The notes beneath the pieces were generated by a model, which saw only the letters and a list, made by a program, of their open reading frames with translations, was not told the origin of the DNA and did no database searches. This document shows positions 1 through 12,040 of a DNA stretch of 60,000 nucleotides, in pieces. The DNA is from Lama glama (lineage: Eukaryota), in NCBI GenBank assembly GCA_028534125.1, contig CM052818.1, positions 7,504,001-7,564,000 of the forward strand, given 5' to 3'. Each line of letters starts with the position of its first letter. The stretch's first letter is position 1. The position numbers and the translations under genes were made by a program.

Positions 1-230
1 ACCTTAGAAGAGGTCAAGTGCCCCCCTATATGCTCACATGGTACTCTCTATCTCCACTTTGTGTCACTATCTCCTCTTTGTTTTAGTGGTTGATTGCTGT
101 CTGCTTCCCCCGACAAACATAAAGAAGCCTTAGGAGAGAAGAACCACGTCTCCCTTATTCACCACTTGCCAGCCATGTTCAAGATTGTTGTTCAATAAGG
201 ATTTGAATGGATAAATCAATGCATGTGAGT
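1..230 (+). mobile_element. LINE-2 (L2) 3' end fragment
   Basis: Degenerate L2 terminus (cttattcaccac...ttcaataa...tgaatggataaat); recognised by eye. Confidence 0.55.
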
Positions 231-1207
231 GAAAATAACAATATCATTTATATGCTTGCTTACTATATGTCAGGCTCTCTGCTGAGTATTTCAGGTGTGA
301 AAATGAATGAATGAATGACCATCGAAAGTGAGTGCTAAGAATGTTAAAATTATCTGAAAGAATAGTAGATCTCATCTTAAACAAGTTATGTGTGAAGTCT
401 TTTTGTTTACGTAAAATTTAGGGGAACGTTCCAAAGTCAGTATTACATCATCCACCTAACTTGCAAACCAGGGAGAAACAAATTTTATGGGTAAACTGCC
501 AAGGGCAAAGCTTGGAAAAGACCATCCAGGATAAAAGAGTAAGGTGCCAACCAGTAGTAGCCAGAGAAAAGAGAAGTTAGGAGGCCCAGAGTAAATGTAC
601 ATTTTCCTCAGATTTTCAAAGAGGTCTGTGGACCCTAGAAGGGTTAAAAACTAGTGCTGCTTGTACTATTTTGTGAACTGCATTGTTCATTCAGTTCATC
701 TTAATCATCTTATCGCATGATCAAATGTTCTTCTGCAATATCTTTTCAAGTGGCTACAAGAATTCTGTTGCATACCCTTGCCATTGTTTATTTAACTCTT
801 CCTCTGAGATTGGGCAACCTAAACATTAGGTTACCTCCATTTTTTTGCTATTATCAATTCATAGCTAAATCTTTGCCCTTATCCTTATTTACTTGGAGTA
901 AATTTAATATATTGAAGGGATCAAATTATAGGGGCCAGTGTTTCCAATTGTGTTTGAGAAGAAAATGGATTCACACCCAGGCCTGAGATCATATCCTTCC
1001 TTTAATTCACAGAGCACAAAGCTAACAACTTCAAAGCATTTAACAGCATTAACAACACTTAGCATTTTAATCTACTTTCATTGAGTTGCTTTACCATTTC
1101 TTCATCTTGCCTCAATCAAAGCAGCAAAATGTTAGCAATGTTAAATTAAAAGAAATTCTAAAGGAGCCATCTGGGAATGGCAGGACCTTGGTCTATGGGA
1201 CATTCTT

Positions 1208-1334
1208 TTCTTTGGAGGGGGGGAGTTAAGTAATTAAGTTTATTTATTTATTTTTAGAGGAAGTACTGGGAATTGAACCCAGGACCTTAGTATGCTAAGC
1301 ATGCAGCTCTACCACTTGAGCTATACCCTCCCCC
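1208..1334 (-). mobile_element. tRNA-derived SINE, Vic-1 type (camelid)
   Basis: Reverse complement GGGGGAGGGTATAGCTCAAGTGGTAGAGC...GGTTCAATTCCCAGTAC has Pol III A and B boxes and an (AAAT)n-rich tail; flanked by a 16-bp TSD tctatgggacattctt (1192-1207) / tctatggtatattctt (1335-1350), 2 mismatches. Confidence 0.85.
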
Positions 1335-1532
1335 TCTATGGTATATTCTTGACTATGGATATTTAAAATACTTGTCATGATATTTCTTCTAACTCTGGAG
1401 AGTTTTTTAATGTGTGAAATTAAGTGATAATCTTACAAAGCAATCGTGGACCCCTCTGCTAAGAAAAATCTCTAGTTTTCTACACTAGTAAGAATTTTTA
1501 AATGTCAAAACAGAATACTTTGGATTTCTTAC

Positions 1533-1591
1533 CTCCTAAAAGGCAAACCAGGCCGTTCGGTGGCTTGTGTGGTCCAAAGAGAAAAGAGGTT
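1533..1591 (-). other. Candidate spliced exon (probably non-coding)
   Basis: Minus-strand acceptor ctgattttag| and strong donor GAG|gtaaga; 59 nt. Confidence 0.25.
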
Positions 1592-1922
1592 CTAAAATCA
1601 GTATGAAACCAGTCCTACTGTGACATAATAATGAATAGAATCACTGATTTCAGAAATAACAGAACTCAGGGTCTATGAGAAAGTCAACTTGGCTCACATT
1701 CCTAGAGAAGTGAAAGTTAATGCCAGAAACTATACATGAGGAATCACAATGTTTCCGCTAAATGAAACCTTATTGTGCAGGATGCTTTTCAGCAGTGGCC
1801 GTTCTTACAGGATAACTGCATCTCAGATACGAAACTACAGTACAGCTAACGAACCTCATTGAACGACTTTGTCTAGGATTGCTATTTTGTGATGCCAGGC
1901 CTTCTGGCATGTCAATCATTAC

Positions 1923-1957
1923 CTTGAAAAGCTTTTTCAAATAACTGATCCCAATCT
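1923..1957 (-). other. Candidate spliced exon (probably non-coding)
   Basis: Minus-strand acceptor tgttttcag| and donor AAG|gtaatg; 35 nt; 331-nt gap to the 1533-1591 candidate. Confidence 0.25.
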
Positions 1958-3424
1958 CTGAAAACACTAATAGATTCCCCAGTCTATAAAACTCTCCATC
2001 CCGTCTTTAATCTTTCAAACCTACATGTTGTCATAATGGATAAGACAAAGCCCTTAAGATGTATTTGGATCCCTTATAATAAAGATCAGATAATTAAGGG
2101 ATCTGGGAAGGAAAAGCGCAAAAGACAAGAACTTGTCTCAACAGTTTTATCCCATTTTCGCATTTCTAACAAAATTTGGTTTCCAGAGATGATACCAGAA
2201 GAGGGAGAGAAGTGGCCTTAACAATACTCCTGTGGATTTTGAGGTTTTTATTTGTTTTTGTTGTTGTTCTGGGTTGTTTTGTTTCGTTTTACAAGTTTGA
2301 GGATTTAATTAATTGTTGTTCTTCCAAAATTGTAGTGTTTCTCCCTTTAGTCCATTGCAGCAAGTCACTGGCTATCATGTTTTGAACAACACTTAGCTCA
2401 GGGCAAATGCTTTATGAAATGGACACCATTCAAACTTGAAATGGAACATTAAGACCCACAAGGGCGCTAATGATCCTCCACTGATGCTTCTCAGGAGTTT
2501 TGCTTCTGGTCCACAGGGCTGCTCATTCTTCTTTACACATCTTTGACTACAGTACAGATACTTCGAAGATCCTCCCCTTGTATCCCTGAGATAAACTAAG
2601 TTCCTGAAACATTTGCTACAAAAATTAGTGCCACCCAAATAGTAGAGATTAAATCATCCCAGACTTCCAGCCAAATGGAAACTCCTCCCTCTGGTAGCTC
2701 AACAAAAAAAGGAATAGAAGCAACTTTTTACGCAAATGTAAAAATACCCATCAATTCCAGAACTGCTCACAACAGAGTCCCAGAAAGCTGTCTTGTTACT
2801 AAAAGATCCCAAATGAAAATATAAGAAAACAGGTTCAAACAAATAGGGTGAAGTTTCAACTTTTGGAGATTCTGGATTTGTTCACGGCATACTGTTCTCT
2901 CTTGGATTGGCACAGAAACTAAGGAAGATCTGACCTGGGAATCTCAAGAATGCTGTATCCGGCTCATGGATGCACTTGGCAGAGAGCACCAAACACAGGA
3001 AAGTTCTGTTGTCATGATCATGATCTCAATGTGGGAAGACTCAATGTTAGGTCAGGTGCCATGTTTGAAATCAAAAATAAAAAGTATGCTCCTCTGAGCT
3101 AATAGCATAGACCTGTATGGATCATGCCACACTCCAACCTAGAGAAACATGACCAGTTTAGTAGAACAGGAAGAGGTCTTTTTCCAAACATGTGGATGGA
3201 AGTAAAGGCATTCTTAGAGATGGGGTGGAGTCTCACAGAGGTGCAAACAAAGGCAATGTTTAGAATAGTGCATCCACATGCCAGGCACATCATACCTCCC
3301 CCAGCTCTGCAGACTCAATACATGTTTATTAACTTGAGTTAATATGCTTCTTAGTTCTAAAACATAGTCCAGGGCCTCATTAGCTAGTCCATACAAGCCG
3401 TTGGGGAAGAAGGCCATTCTTAAT

Positions 3425-3520
3425 ACACCTCCATTTTATATTTGGAAAGCCAGAGACATTAAATGGTTAAGTGACATCCTCAGGTCACTGTTTGAGTTGG
3501 AGGCAGAGCCAAGATGATTG
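3425..3520 (-). mobile_element. MIR SINE fragment
   Basis: ccattttata...ggttaagtgac...caggtcac...ggcagagcc MIR core, antisense. Confidence 0.6.
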
Positions 3521-3799
3521 TCCTATGCACACCTACCAGCCACCACTGACCTGGTCAACCACTGACAAGGCCACTTGCTACTGAGGGAGGAACTCCACGA
3601 TAAATGGAATTTGAAGTCTTCACTCAGAATTCTCAGGTCTCTCAACAGATGAAGAAATTTGAAATTAACTCAAAGTCTCCTAGGGGCTGGCTCAGGAAAT
3701 TGGAACTTCCAAGTTCAAGTAAGAAGTTATGGAGGAAATCTCTTAAGATGGCACAAAGGGGGACTAACTGAGGCATGGCAAGGTCCCACAGAAAGGGCA

Positions 3800-3990
3800 T
3801 GAGTGCTGGAGGCTCTGGATCCAACTCTGCCACCCACCAGCTGGGACCTGAAGCAATTTACTAACCTCTCCGAGCCTGTTTCCTCATCTATACAATGAAG
3901 ATCGTAATCACCATCTTGCAGGGTTGATGTGGAAACTGAAGTTGTTATATAAGCCCCTAAGATGCAGACTGGTCCATAATAGGCACTGAA
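3800..3990 (+). mobile_element. MIR SINE
   Basis: ctctgccac...aacctctccgagcctgtttcctcatctatacaatg...gggttgatgtgg MIR core. Confidence 0.8.
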
Positions 3991-5304
3991 AGACAAGCCA
4001 ACAAACAAAACGCTACTACAGCCATGATTCCACTAAGAATTGCAAGGTATCATCCATTTAGAGGACATGTGAAAGTTTCCAACAACTTGATGAAAGAAAA
4101 TCTAAAATCATGAATAAGCACATGGACAGGGCATTCAATCTGCAGATCACAAAGATAATTTTTTCAGTAAGAGAAAAATGCTGTCCAGCAGCTTATGAGC
4201 AGATGTCATCCTGGACTGGTGCCCTTGACACAAGGCAGCCTGCCTTTCATTGTCTGTTCTCCTTCCTCTCTGTCTCTCAGTTGTGGCTTTTAATATATGA
4301 TGTTCATCAGATACACCACAGACTGCATGGGGGTATACCCCAGATGCCAGACAGACTGTCAAGATTGAGGGCAGATGTAATAGGCACTTAAATTTGCCTG
4401 AAAATTTAAGAAAGGTTTAAATTATTTAATGCTACATCTGATGATAGGATTTGTGACAGAATTGGCTACTGAAAATGCATTTGGGGGTTCTCACCTTTCA
4501 ACCCCAAACTGCATTAAACCAGTATGGTGAACTGCATTTGGAATTTTATCTGACAATATGATGGTTGATAGTATCTATATCTCCGTATCAAAGAGAAACC
4601 ACCCTTTTTTCACAGGGAACTGATTTCAAAGGGAGTTACACTTCTGAGGGAGAGATACTCCAGAGATCTGGACCTGGGAGCCTCCAAGACTATGGATATT
4701 GAATAGTATCAGTGTTGAAAGAACCTCAGTAGTCTGCTGATAGCCTTGAAATATGTACAGTTACACCTCTCTTGTCCCATGAAGATAGTCCTGGTGCCAT
4801 TTAAAGATCTGCAGCAATACGGTGACCATTTAAAATAATTTAAGAATTACCTCCAAAGAGCAATCGCATGAAGAAAAACAAAACAAACAAACAAACAAAA
4901 AAAAACCAGAGGGTAGTGAAAACAATCACTTTTAAATCCTTGCAACTTTCTCACTCCTTTAGGTTGATCTAAGCCAGAAGACTTCAGGTTGAGGAAAGCC
5001 AGGAATATAAAAGCCAAGGTAGGCTTTTAAATTAAATTTACCAATTTATGGTTTCCTTTAACATGATCAAAGCTAAACTTTTGCAGGGAAGTTTTCCCAG
5101 TAATAAAAGCAAGACATTCCACCTTCAAAGACATTTTCGTGTCTGTTCAACAGCTTTGATTGCACAGTATCCTGTTTTCTTCAGAATTAAGTTTCATGTT
5201 TGTAAATTTTGGTCAATAAACTAGTGCCAGTTTCCCAGATTTCATGCTCAATCCTGAATGGCCTAGGGGGACACTGTGAAGTTAGGGAAGTTTATAAGGG
5301 CTCT

Positions 5305-5635
5305 GCCTTCTCTGCCTTCCCCTAAATGTAGGGGTTTCACTAAGCTCTGTCTTCCCATCTTCCACCTTATTTTCTTACTTTACAGACTTTACCTGGGTGA
5401 TCTTATCCACTGCTCCCTACAGGCTGATGACTCCCAACTGTCTACCTACTTCTAGCCTCTTTTCGGAGCTTCAGACTCCAAATGCCTGCTGGACATCTCT
5501 GCCTGCATATCCTGTTCTTAAATTCGTCATGCACATTAGGGAGCTCTTCTCCACAAAATTTCTCCCCTTCCTCTTTTCTCGTTTTCTTTTACTGGTGCCA
5601 AGATCCATTCAATCACTCAGTTCAGAAACCTGAGC
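5305..5635 (+). mobile_element. L2 fragment (RT region)
   Basis: cctgggtgatcttatccac...gctgatgactcccaa...gcctgctggacatctct matches the L2 ORF2 segment around the YADD motif. Confidence 0.7.
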
Positions 5636-5786
5636 ACAATATAAGAGCACAGAGGAAACTCCAAAAATAGTAGCAATTTACTGCAGGGTAAGAAATAAGG
5701 AAGGCATTCCAAGTGACATTAAGGGAGGCATTCCAGGTGACATAATGTTATTATAGAGACACCCAAATGAGAAAGAGTAGAGCATG

Positions 5787-6165
5787 TGTATTATTAGTCA
5801 GGATAAGATAGGGTCTGCTGAGATAATAAATAAACCCCATAATTTCTATAGCTTTCCTTCTTATTATTTAAAAAAAATTCCAACCCCAGTTGGCCAGCTT
5901 TCTTGCAACAGAAGCTCAGGATCCAGTCTGCTTCCGTCTTGCAAACCACTGTCTTAGACTCCTGCACTTCCTGACTTATAGACAAGAGAGAATGACCATG
6001 AAGAACTCAGATGCCCTCTTAGCTTCCTCAAACCAGAAGTGTTATATCCCTTCTGCTCATGTTTCTCTTGTTAAGAATTTGGTCATTGTCTCAGCCTAAC
6101 TGGGAAATATCTTCTCATCTGTCCAGGAAAATGAAATGACGTAGTGAACACAAAGCACTGTTTCT
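5787..6165 (-). mobile_element. MaLR LTR (old MLT1 family)
   Basis: tgtattattagtcaggataag...ccttctgctcatgtt...gtagtgaacac, typical antisense MLT1J/K-like. Confidence 0.6.
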
Positions 6166-6852
6166 AAAACCACATGTTTAGGAAACCATAGGAAGACTGG
6201 GATACTGTAGGAAATCAATGAGGTGGTGAGGGTAATAAGTCTTGTGGGGAAAGGGTGGATAGATAGGAATGTAGGTAAAGTCAAAGCCAACATAACTAGG
6301 ATTGGGTGGGGTTCAGAGCCTGAGGGCTGTGCTGTGGATAATGGGATTTTAAAGATGGGGATAGTGCAAAGACAAGGAGATGGGGTCAATGGAGGATCCT
6401 CGAGCTAAAACTTTTCAACCTGAGGCCCCCCTAAGTAAAGGGCCAGCTCCTGCTCCCAGGGCCAACCTGAGGTTCCTACTGCTTTGAGATTCAGTGGAGT
6501 GCAGGCTAGGGTCTGGGACTCAGCCTAAAATCAAACAAAAATTGTGTTGTGGTACTGTGATCACTATCTCTGCAAACTGTGTGGTCCTTCTTTAAGTGAC
6601 TGGGTTCCCATGCTTCCCCGCTGGTGCTCCCTTCTATGTTGCATCCCAGCTTTCACTGCAGGCTGACTTCCCTGTTCTCTCTGGATTCAGCTTGACTTTC
6701 TTCTTGACTTCAGTGGATGTGGTTTCTTGCCTCCTTTGCTTCTGATGGGACTCCACCTCCAGGAGTTGTACCCTAGCTGACTTCCGAGTTTTACACTCAG
6801 CTGTCTGACACTCAGCTGTCTTCTGCCAGTCTTGTCCAGTCAACAGACAAAA

Positions 6853-7190
6853 TAATGACAGTAACTAACATTTACTGTGTTTAATATCTGCCTGGCACTT
6901 TACAAGCATCTTATACTTAGGATAATATATGTATGGATAATATATGCAACCACCACATACTAATACATATTAACATGTATGATTAGTATGCTATATAATA
7001 AAATATCATACTTTATACACCTGTGTATATAAATAAATTAAATAAAATTTCATCTTCACACTGCCATGTGGTAGGTTGTATTATTACCTCCCATTATTTT
7101 ACAGCTGAAGAAACTGATGCAAAAGCAGTTAACGTGCCACATTGGTAGATTGTAAGTAGTCAAATTGGAATATTCATTCAGGATATCTGT
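6853..7190 (-). mobile_element. MIR SINE interrupted by an AT-rich tract
   Basis: actaacattttactg...cctggcact and attttacagctgaagaaactgatgc. Confidence 0.65.
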
Positions 7191-7499
7191 TTTTTAACCG
7201 CTACTGCTATACTACTACTAAATAAAAATGATGGAGAGGAAAGGACACAGACAAGATGGCTTGATGATCTTTTAAAAAAAAAAAAATGTGAGGAGCAGTT
7301 GTGATTAGCCCTGAGAAGGCAGAAGAGTCTTCACTGGGAAGAATTGCAAAGGAGGAGGTGCCGCCAGAGAATTAAAAGCCTCCAATTACTCACACAAGGG
7401 GTATTTGTTTTCTTAAAAAGAGACAAACTCCTGGAGAGGATAATGCCAGAATTTTTATCAATGGAATTTCACAGGCCCTGGCAGGTGGGTGGCAGGGAG

Positions 7500-7790
7500 A
7501 TTTGAGCCCCTCAAATGACAGCTCCCGGGCCCTGCCTCAGAAAAGTCCATTCGTCTTGGCAGAGCCCCTCCCACGCACGCACAATGTGCGGTCTCGAGCC
7601 GGCTTGCGGCTGGACATCTTGTCAGCCTGGCGCACAAAATGAGGACTGTTTCCCCTGCACGCAGCTGGCGCGCCCTTTCAGCGGGTCCCAGCTGCCCGGA
7701 GCCGCGCACGCCGCGGGGCCACGCCCCTAGATGAATATTCATAAACGCCTTGTGCTCAGAGACCCGGATTTAAAAGCCTCTGAAGGGATT
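7500..7790. promoter_or_regulatory. Small CpG-rich promoter/enhancer-like element
   Basis: About 20+ CpGs in ~270 bp of otherwise CpG-depleted DNA; CAGCTG E-boxes (7662, 7689), KLF/SP box GGCCACGCCCC (7717-7727), palindrome ATGAATATTCAT (7731-7742), TATA-like ATTTAAAA (7768-7775). Confidence 0.7.
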
Positions 7791-7799
7791 AGAAGAACC

Positions 7800-8143
7800 A
7801 TAGGGGCTTACAGATAAGGAGTTAGAAGGAAAGAGGGGGTGGGCTTTGTCAAGGCTTGCTTCTGAGGACTACAAAGAGGAGAGAGCACATGGAAATGGAA
7901 GTCCACGGTTGCTAATCTAGGTGAAGTCAAATTTATAAAGGGAGCTGGCTGCTCCTTTTAGTTTATCAAGTCTTTCAGTGTCCCTCCACACCAGCAACGT
8001 GCCATTACTGGTGTTTCGTAGACAAGCTCTCTTTGTAGCCCTGGGAAGCATGAAAACAACCCAGAGTAAGTTTTTAGCTGGATGTTAAGTGCTTGCTTCA
8101 TAACCCGTAACCAGCGCACCCGTCTCACACAGGGTCCTGGCAG
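7800..8143 (+). ncRNA. Candidate first exon of a lncRNA or 5'UTR (start approximate)
   Basis: Starts ~25-30 nt after the TATA-like box; ends at donor CAG|gtacgt (8143/8144). Confidence 0.3.
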
Positions 8144-8331
8144 GTACGTTAACTTGCACTTTCTAATGATCTGATCTATGAGTCTGTATGGGTGTCAGGC
8201 TATGTCCTAGGCTAGAAACTTATAAGTAAACTTTTAAAATACATATACTCTTAGATCTAGTTGGGACATTATCAAGGAAACTAACCGTACCTGCTAATAC
8301 TCATATTTGACTCTCTTATTTTTATTAACAG

Positions 8332-8404
8332 AGAAATTTCCCAGCTCAGATCACCTGAAAGAGTAGATAGTGCCCAAACGCGTTTCACTGACCTATAATA
8401 CAAG
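8332..8404 (+). ncRNA. Candidate non-coding exon 2
   Basis: Branch-like ctaat at 8294, pyrimidine tract ctctcttatttttattaacag|, consensus donor AAG|gtgagt; 73 nt with stops in all three frames. Confidence 0.4.
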
Positions 8405-9099
8405 GTGAGTTTGGGGCAAAGTGCATTTATTGTCTGTTGTTGTTGGGGCTGTTAGAGTTCACTTTAGAATCACTTAACAGAATTGCTGGCAACTTTGTTG
8501 AGTACATCTATTCCATTAATCCTCCGTTAAGAGAGAGGCTCTGTTTCTTACCTACAAATTGGAAATGGAAGAAATAACATTATTGACAGGAAATTGTTTT
8601 GAAAAGACAAGGGAATATGGTATGAAGGCACTTGGCTGCTTTAAAGGAGGGCAGACTCCCCCTCCACTGCACTTCCACCCCAGAGAATGGAACACAGATG
8701 CAGATGTGAGGGTGGAGCCACAGAGAGCAGCCATGAGATCTTATGGGAAGTAGGAACCAGACAAAGGGCACAATCTAATATCCCAGTAATCACGGATTCT
8801 GGAAATTATAGACTGATGAACTTGCCATTAATCCCCAACAAAGTTCTAGACTGAATAGTTAAGCAGGCAGCTGGTGGGCACATAAAAAAGAGGACCACTG
8901 GGAATCAACTTCACCAGGAACTGGTCAGGCCAGTTTACTTCCTTTTTATTTATTTATTTAAATGAAGTGCTTGACTGGTGCGTCAGAATGCTGGAAACAA
9001 AGGACATCTAACGGACAGGTTATTTATCTCCTCCCACATTTTTTTTTCTGTGATGGATTCAAGATTTAAAAATTATCAAATTGAGCATTTTGGCACCCA

Positions 9100-9297
9100 A
9101 AAGAGAACAGACTCTAGAGCCAGAAAGAACTGAGTTTGATTCCAAGCTCTGCAACTCAGTAGCTCTGAGACATTGAGCATATCTGTGTCTCAGTTTTCAC
9201 AACTATAAAATGGGAATAGAATATCTACTTCATAGGTATGGAAGGAAATACAAATAGAGCATGCAGTGCAGGTACTCAAGAGAGGGCAGTTGTTATT
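9100..9297 (+). mobile_element. MIR SINE
   Basis: cagactctagagccag...tgtctcagttttcacaactataaaatgggaatag. Confidence 0.75.
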
Positions 9298-9574
9298 AAG
9301 ATACAATTTAAAAGGTAAAAATTCAAATATGAACTCAGGAAAGAGAAGAACTTAATTAAGTAATTCATATAAAAATAATTTTTTTACATTTACTAAAAAG
9401 TTCAGTGTGAAATAAGCAAGTGACATGTTTCAAGTGCAAACTAAAGCTTATTAAGTATGTGAACCCAGTAAGAAAGAGTCCCAATTAATTCCAGTTGGTC
9501 AGATCCTGTCTAAAATTCTTTGTCCCTTTCTGAGTAGCATACTTGAAAGATAGCAAGAAAAAATTAAGTAATAT

Positions 9575-9880
9575 CCTGGATGGTAGGAGCCTCAGAAACC
9601 ACAATATCTGAAAAATAAAAAGCAAAAAAATGGTGATGTTTATCTAGGAGAAGAGATTATATAATAGCTGTCTTCTGATATGTGAAGAGCTATGATGTGG
9701 AATAAGGTATTAACCTGGTCTGTACTGCTCCAAATAGTAGAAATGGGACAAATGACTGGAATTTGCAATGATAGATTTTGAACTAAACATGTAAGCTGTT
9801 CAACAATGCAATGAGCATTCCTGAAAAATAGCAAACCCACAATTACCAAAAGTACTCCTGCAGTGGATAGAGGCCAGCAT
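9575..9880 (+). mobile_element. L3/CR1 LINE fragment
   Basis: gatgtttatctaggagaagag...atagctgtcttc...gctgttcaacaatgcaatg resembles the 3' part of L3 ORF2. Confidence 0.6.
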
Positions 9881-9944
9881 TCAAAGATAGTGTAGAAGAG
9901 ATTATTGCACTGGAAAAGAGAATGTCCTGGTCTTAGCTTAGAGT

Positions 9945-10105
9945 TAGTAGTATACCATTTACATGCCACCACCCCCAGCCGTGGCAGGCATGGCTAATCA
10001 GTGAAAGCTCTTTTTCCCCACTGAGCTAAACTTGGCCTGGCAGGCCTTTTCAATGCAGTGCTCCAAAGCCATCACCACCATTTTATCAGAGCTGACAGCC
10101 CACCC
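9945..10105 (+). mobile_element. hAT DNA transposon fossil (MER117-like)
   Basis: ccgtggcaggcatggctaatc...cccactgagc...cagtgctcc; family name from memory. Confidence 0.45.
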
Positions 10106-10834
10106 AACCCAGATGATCCCTCAGAGTCTCTAAGATCCAATAACTTAGAAATTTCCCCCATAGTATAACTATAAAATATGTCTGTAAATTAGCTAGGAGA
10201 GCCACAGTTAAGTGCAAAATATTTGCAGATATCTATGTATGTGTATATATTAATGTCTGTCTGTGTACCTTTGTGTGTACATAGATATGGGATAGTACAT
10301 AGATGCCTTGGTCCTACCCTAAAACAGGACTCACATGAGGGAAGTAACTCATTACACCCAAGAGCCCTTAAATAGTGAATCCCAATTGAGACGTGCCAAT
10401 AGTTAGTGACACTGCTTTGTGAATACCCACCCATTTCTTTTGTACAAAATTCAAAACTTTTCTTACCCTATCCCACCCCTTACAGAATTTCAAATTCATT
10501 TTGTAAGTTGTGACTTTGGGGACATCAAGGGCAAGTTGATTAAAAAAAAGAGAGAGAGAGAATTTAAGGGGTTGGCAGAGATGGGACTGTGTTAGTAAAC
10601 CGTCAAGAAAAAGGAGAATTATATCACTAATAACCAAAAAGAGGTCAATAAGAGACTAAATTACAATGTCTACAGATATAGCAAACTAGAGTCCAGGCTA
10701 ATGGTTGGGCAACGGGGACCTCCTAGAAGGGATAGTAGTTGAAGCCAGGTGCGTGGTAGCTCACAGTTTGGTTCCCCAGCTAGAAATGAAAAGGAACAAA
10801 CTGGAACTGGGTTCTAGTCCAACTCTCAAGGAGA

Positions 10835-11016
10835 GGGACAAAGATGCAAAGACTATCCTTTGGAGAAAAGAGAATCTTTTCACTAAATAGTGCTGGAATA
10901 ATTGGATATCTATATGCAGAAAATAAATCCCTCAATCTGTAGCTCTCACCGTCTTTCAAAAATTAACTCAAAATGACTCATTGACCGCAATATAAAACTT
11001 AAAACTATAAATCTTC
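10835..11016 (+). mobile_element. Old L1 (L1M) ORF2 fragment
   Basis: tcttttcactaaatagtgctggaataattggatatc...aaaattaactcaaaatg...aaaactataaa. Confidence 0.75.
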
Positions 11017-11784
11017 AAGTTTTCTTTTTCAAAAGGATTAAGCTATTTAAATGTTTAAAGTGAGTCCACTGAAATATATTATATACATATATATACACAC
11101 TTATTATATATTATGTAAATGAGAATATATACAGGTGGGGTACAGATATGCAAAAATCATTAAGGTGGCAACCACTGCTGCCCTTTGCCACACTGCCTCC
11201 AAGGGCTGGGGAGCGTAGCTAGCCCCATCCAGGCAGGGTGGTGTTTAATACAGAACTCTAGTCTCAGGAGGAAAGCCAGAGTGCAGTGTGTAAACTAGGA
11301 CATTCTCTGGAACCCTGTCGTGTGGGCGTGGGAAATTCTGTTGGAAGGAGGGTGAGAGGAAGCTGCTGTCTGCAGCCCAGCCCTTCTCAATTCCCAGGAT
11401 CTGGAGTTTAGGAGACAGGAACACGAATCCTAGATGTCACTGGTCAATGCTCATGTGGCTACTTTTTAGCAGCCTGGCCTGACAAAGTGGGCTCAGATGA
11501 GCAGGCCAGAACCTGAAACGTAAAGCTGTCAGAACCCGCAGCTAAGGGAGCTGAGGAAGGTGTGTGCTGCTCATCTGACGTCTTAAATTCCTGGACGTTA
11601 GATTATGACACCGGTTACAACTTCCTTTAGCAGAATCAAACTCCAATATGTCAAGAATTATCAAGCAGGTATATAACAAACATTTGTGAGGGACCACCCC
11701 ACCCCATCAATTGATTTTATAAAAAGTAACAAAACATTCCTTCCTTCTTTACCCATAAAATTCTTATTAAGGCAACACATTGTA

Positions 11785-12040
11785 AAGTTTAAAAGCATTA
11801 GCTATGGTGTCAAGTTGCCTGGGTTTGAATCCCAGCTCTGTCTCCGATTAGGTGGGTAATCTTGGCCTCATTTCTTAAGCTCTCTGAACCTTAGTTTCTT
11901 CTTCTGCAAAATGTGGATGGTTAAAAAAAGAAACAAAAACAAGCAAAAAAACCAAACCAACCACCCTCCCAGAGATGAGACGATAATCATGTGAGGGTGC
12001 TTGTTTTCTGGTGCATTTCGCACATAGGAAGCACTCAGTG
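11785..12040 (+). mobile_element. MIR SINE
   Basis: cctgggtttgaatcccagctctg...ctctgaaccttagtttcttcttctgcaaaatg. Confidence 0.8.

Noticed and set aside
1250..1334. tRNA gene
   Set aside because: tRNA-like head belongs to a SINE with tail and TSD
4474..4515. Hairpin aatgcatttgggggtt / aaccccaaactgcatt as a miRNA precursor
   Set aside because: 14/16 stem and only 42 nt; too short for a pre-miRNA and near chance expectation in 60 kb
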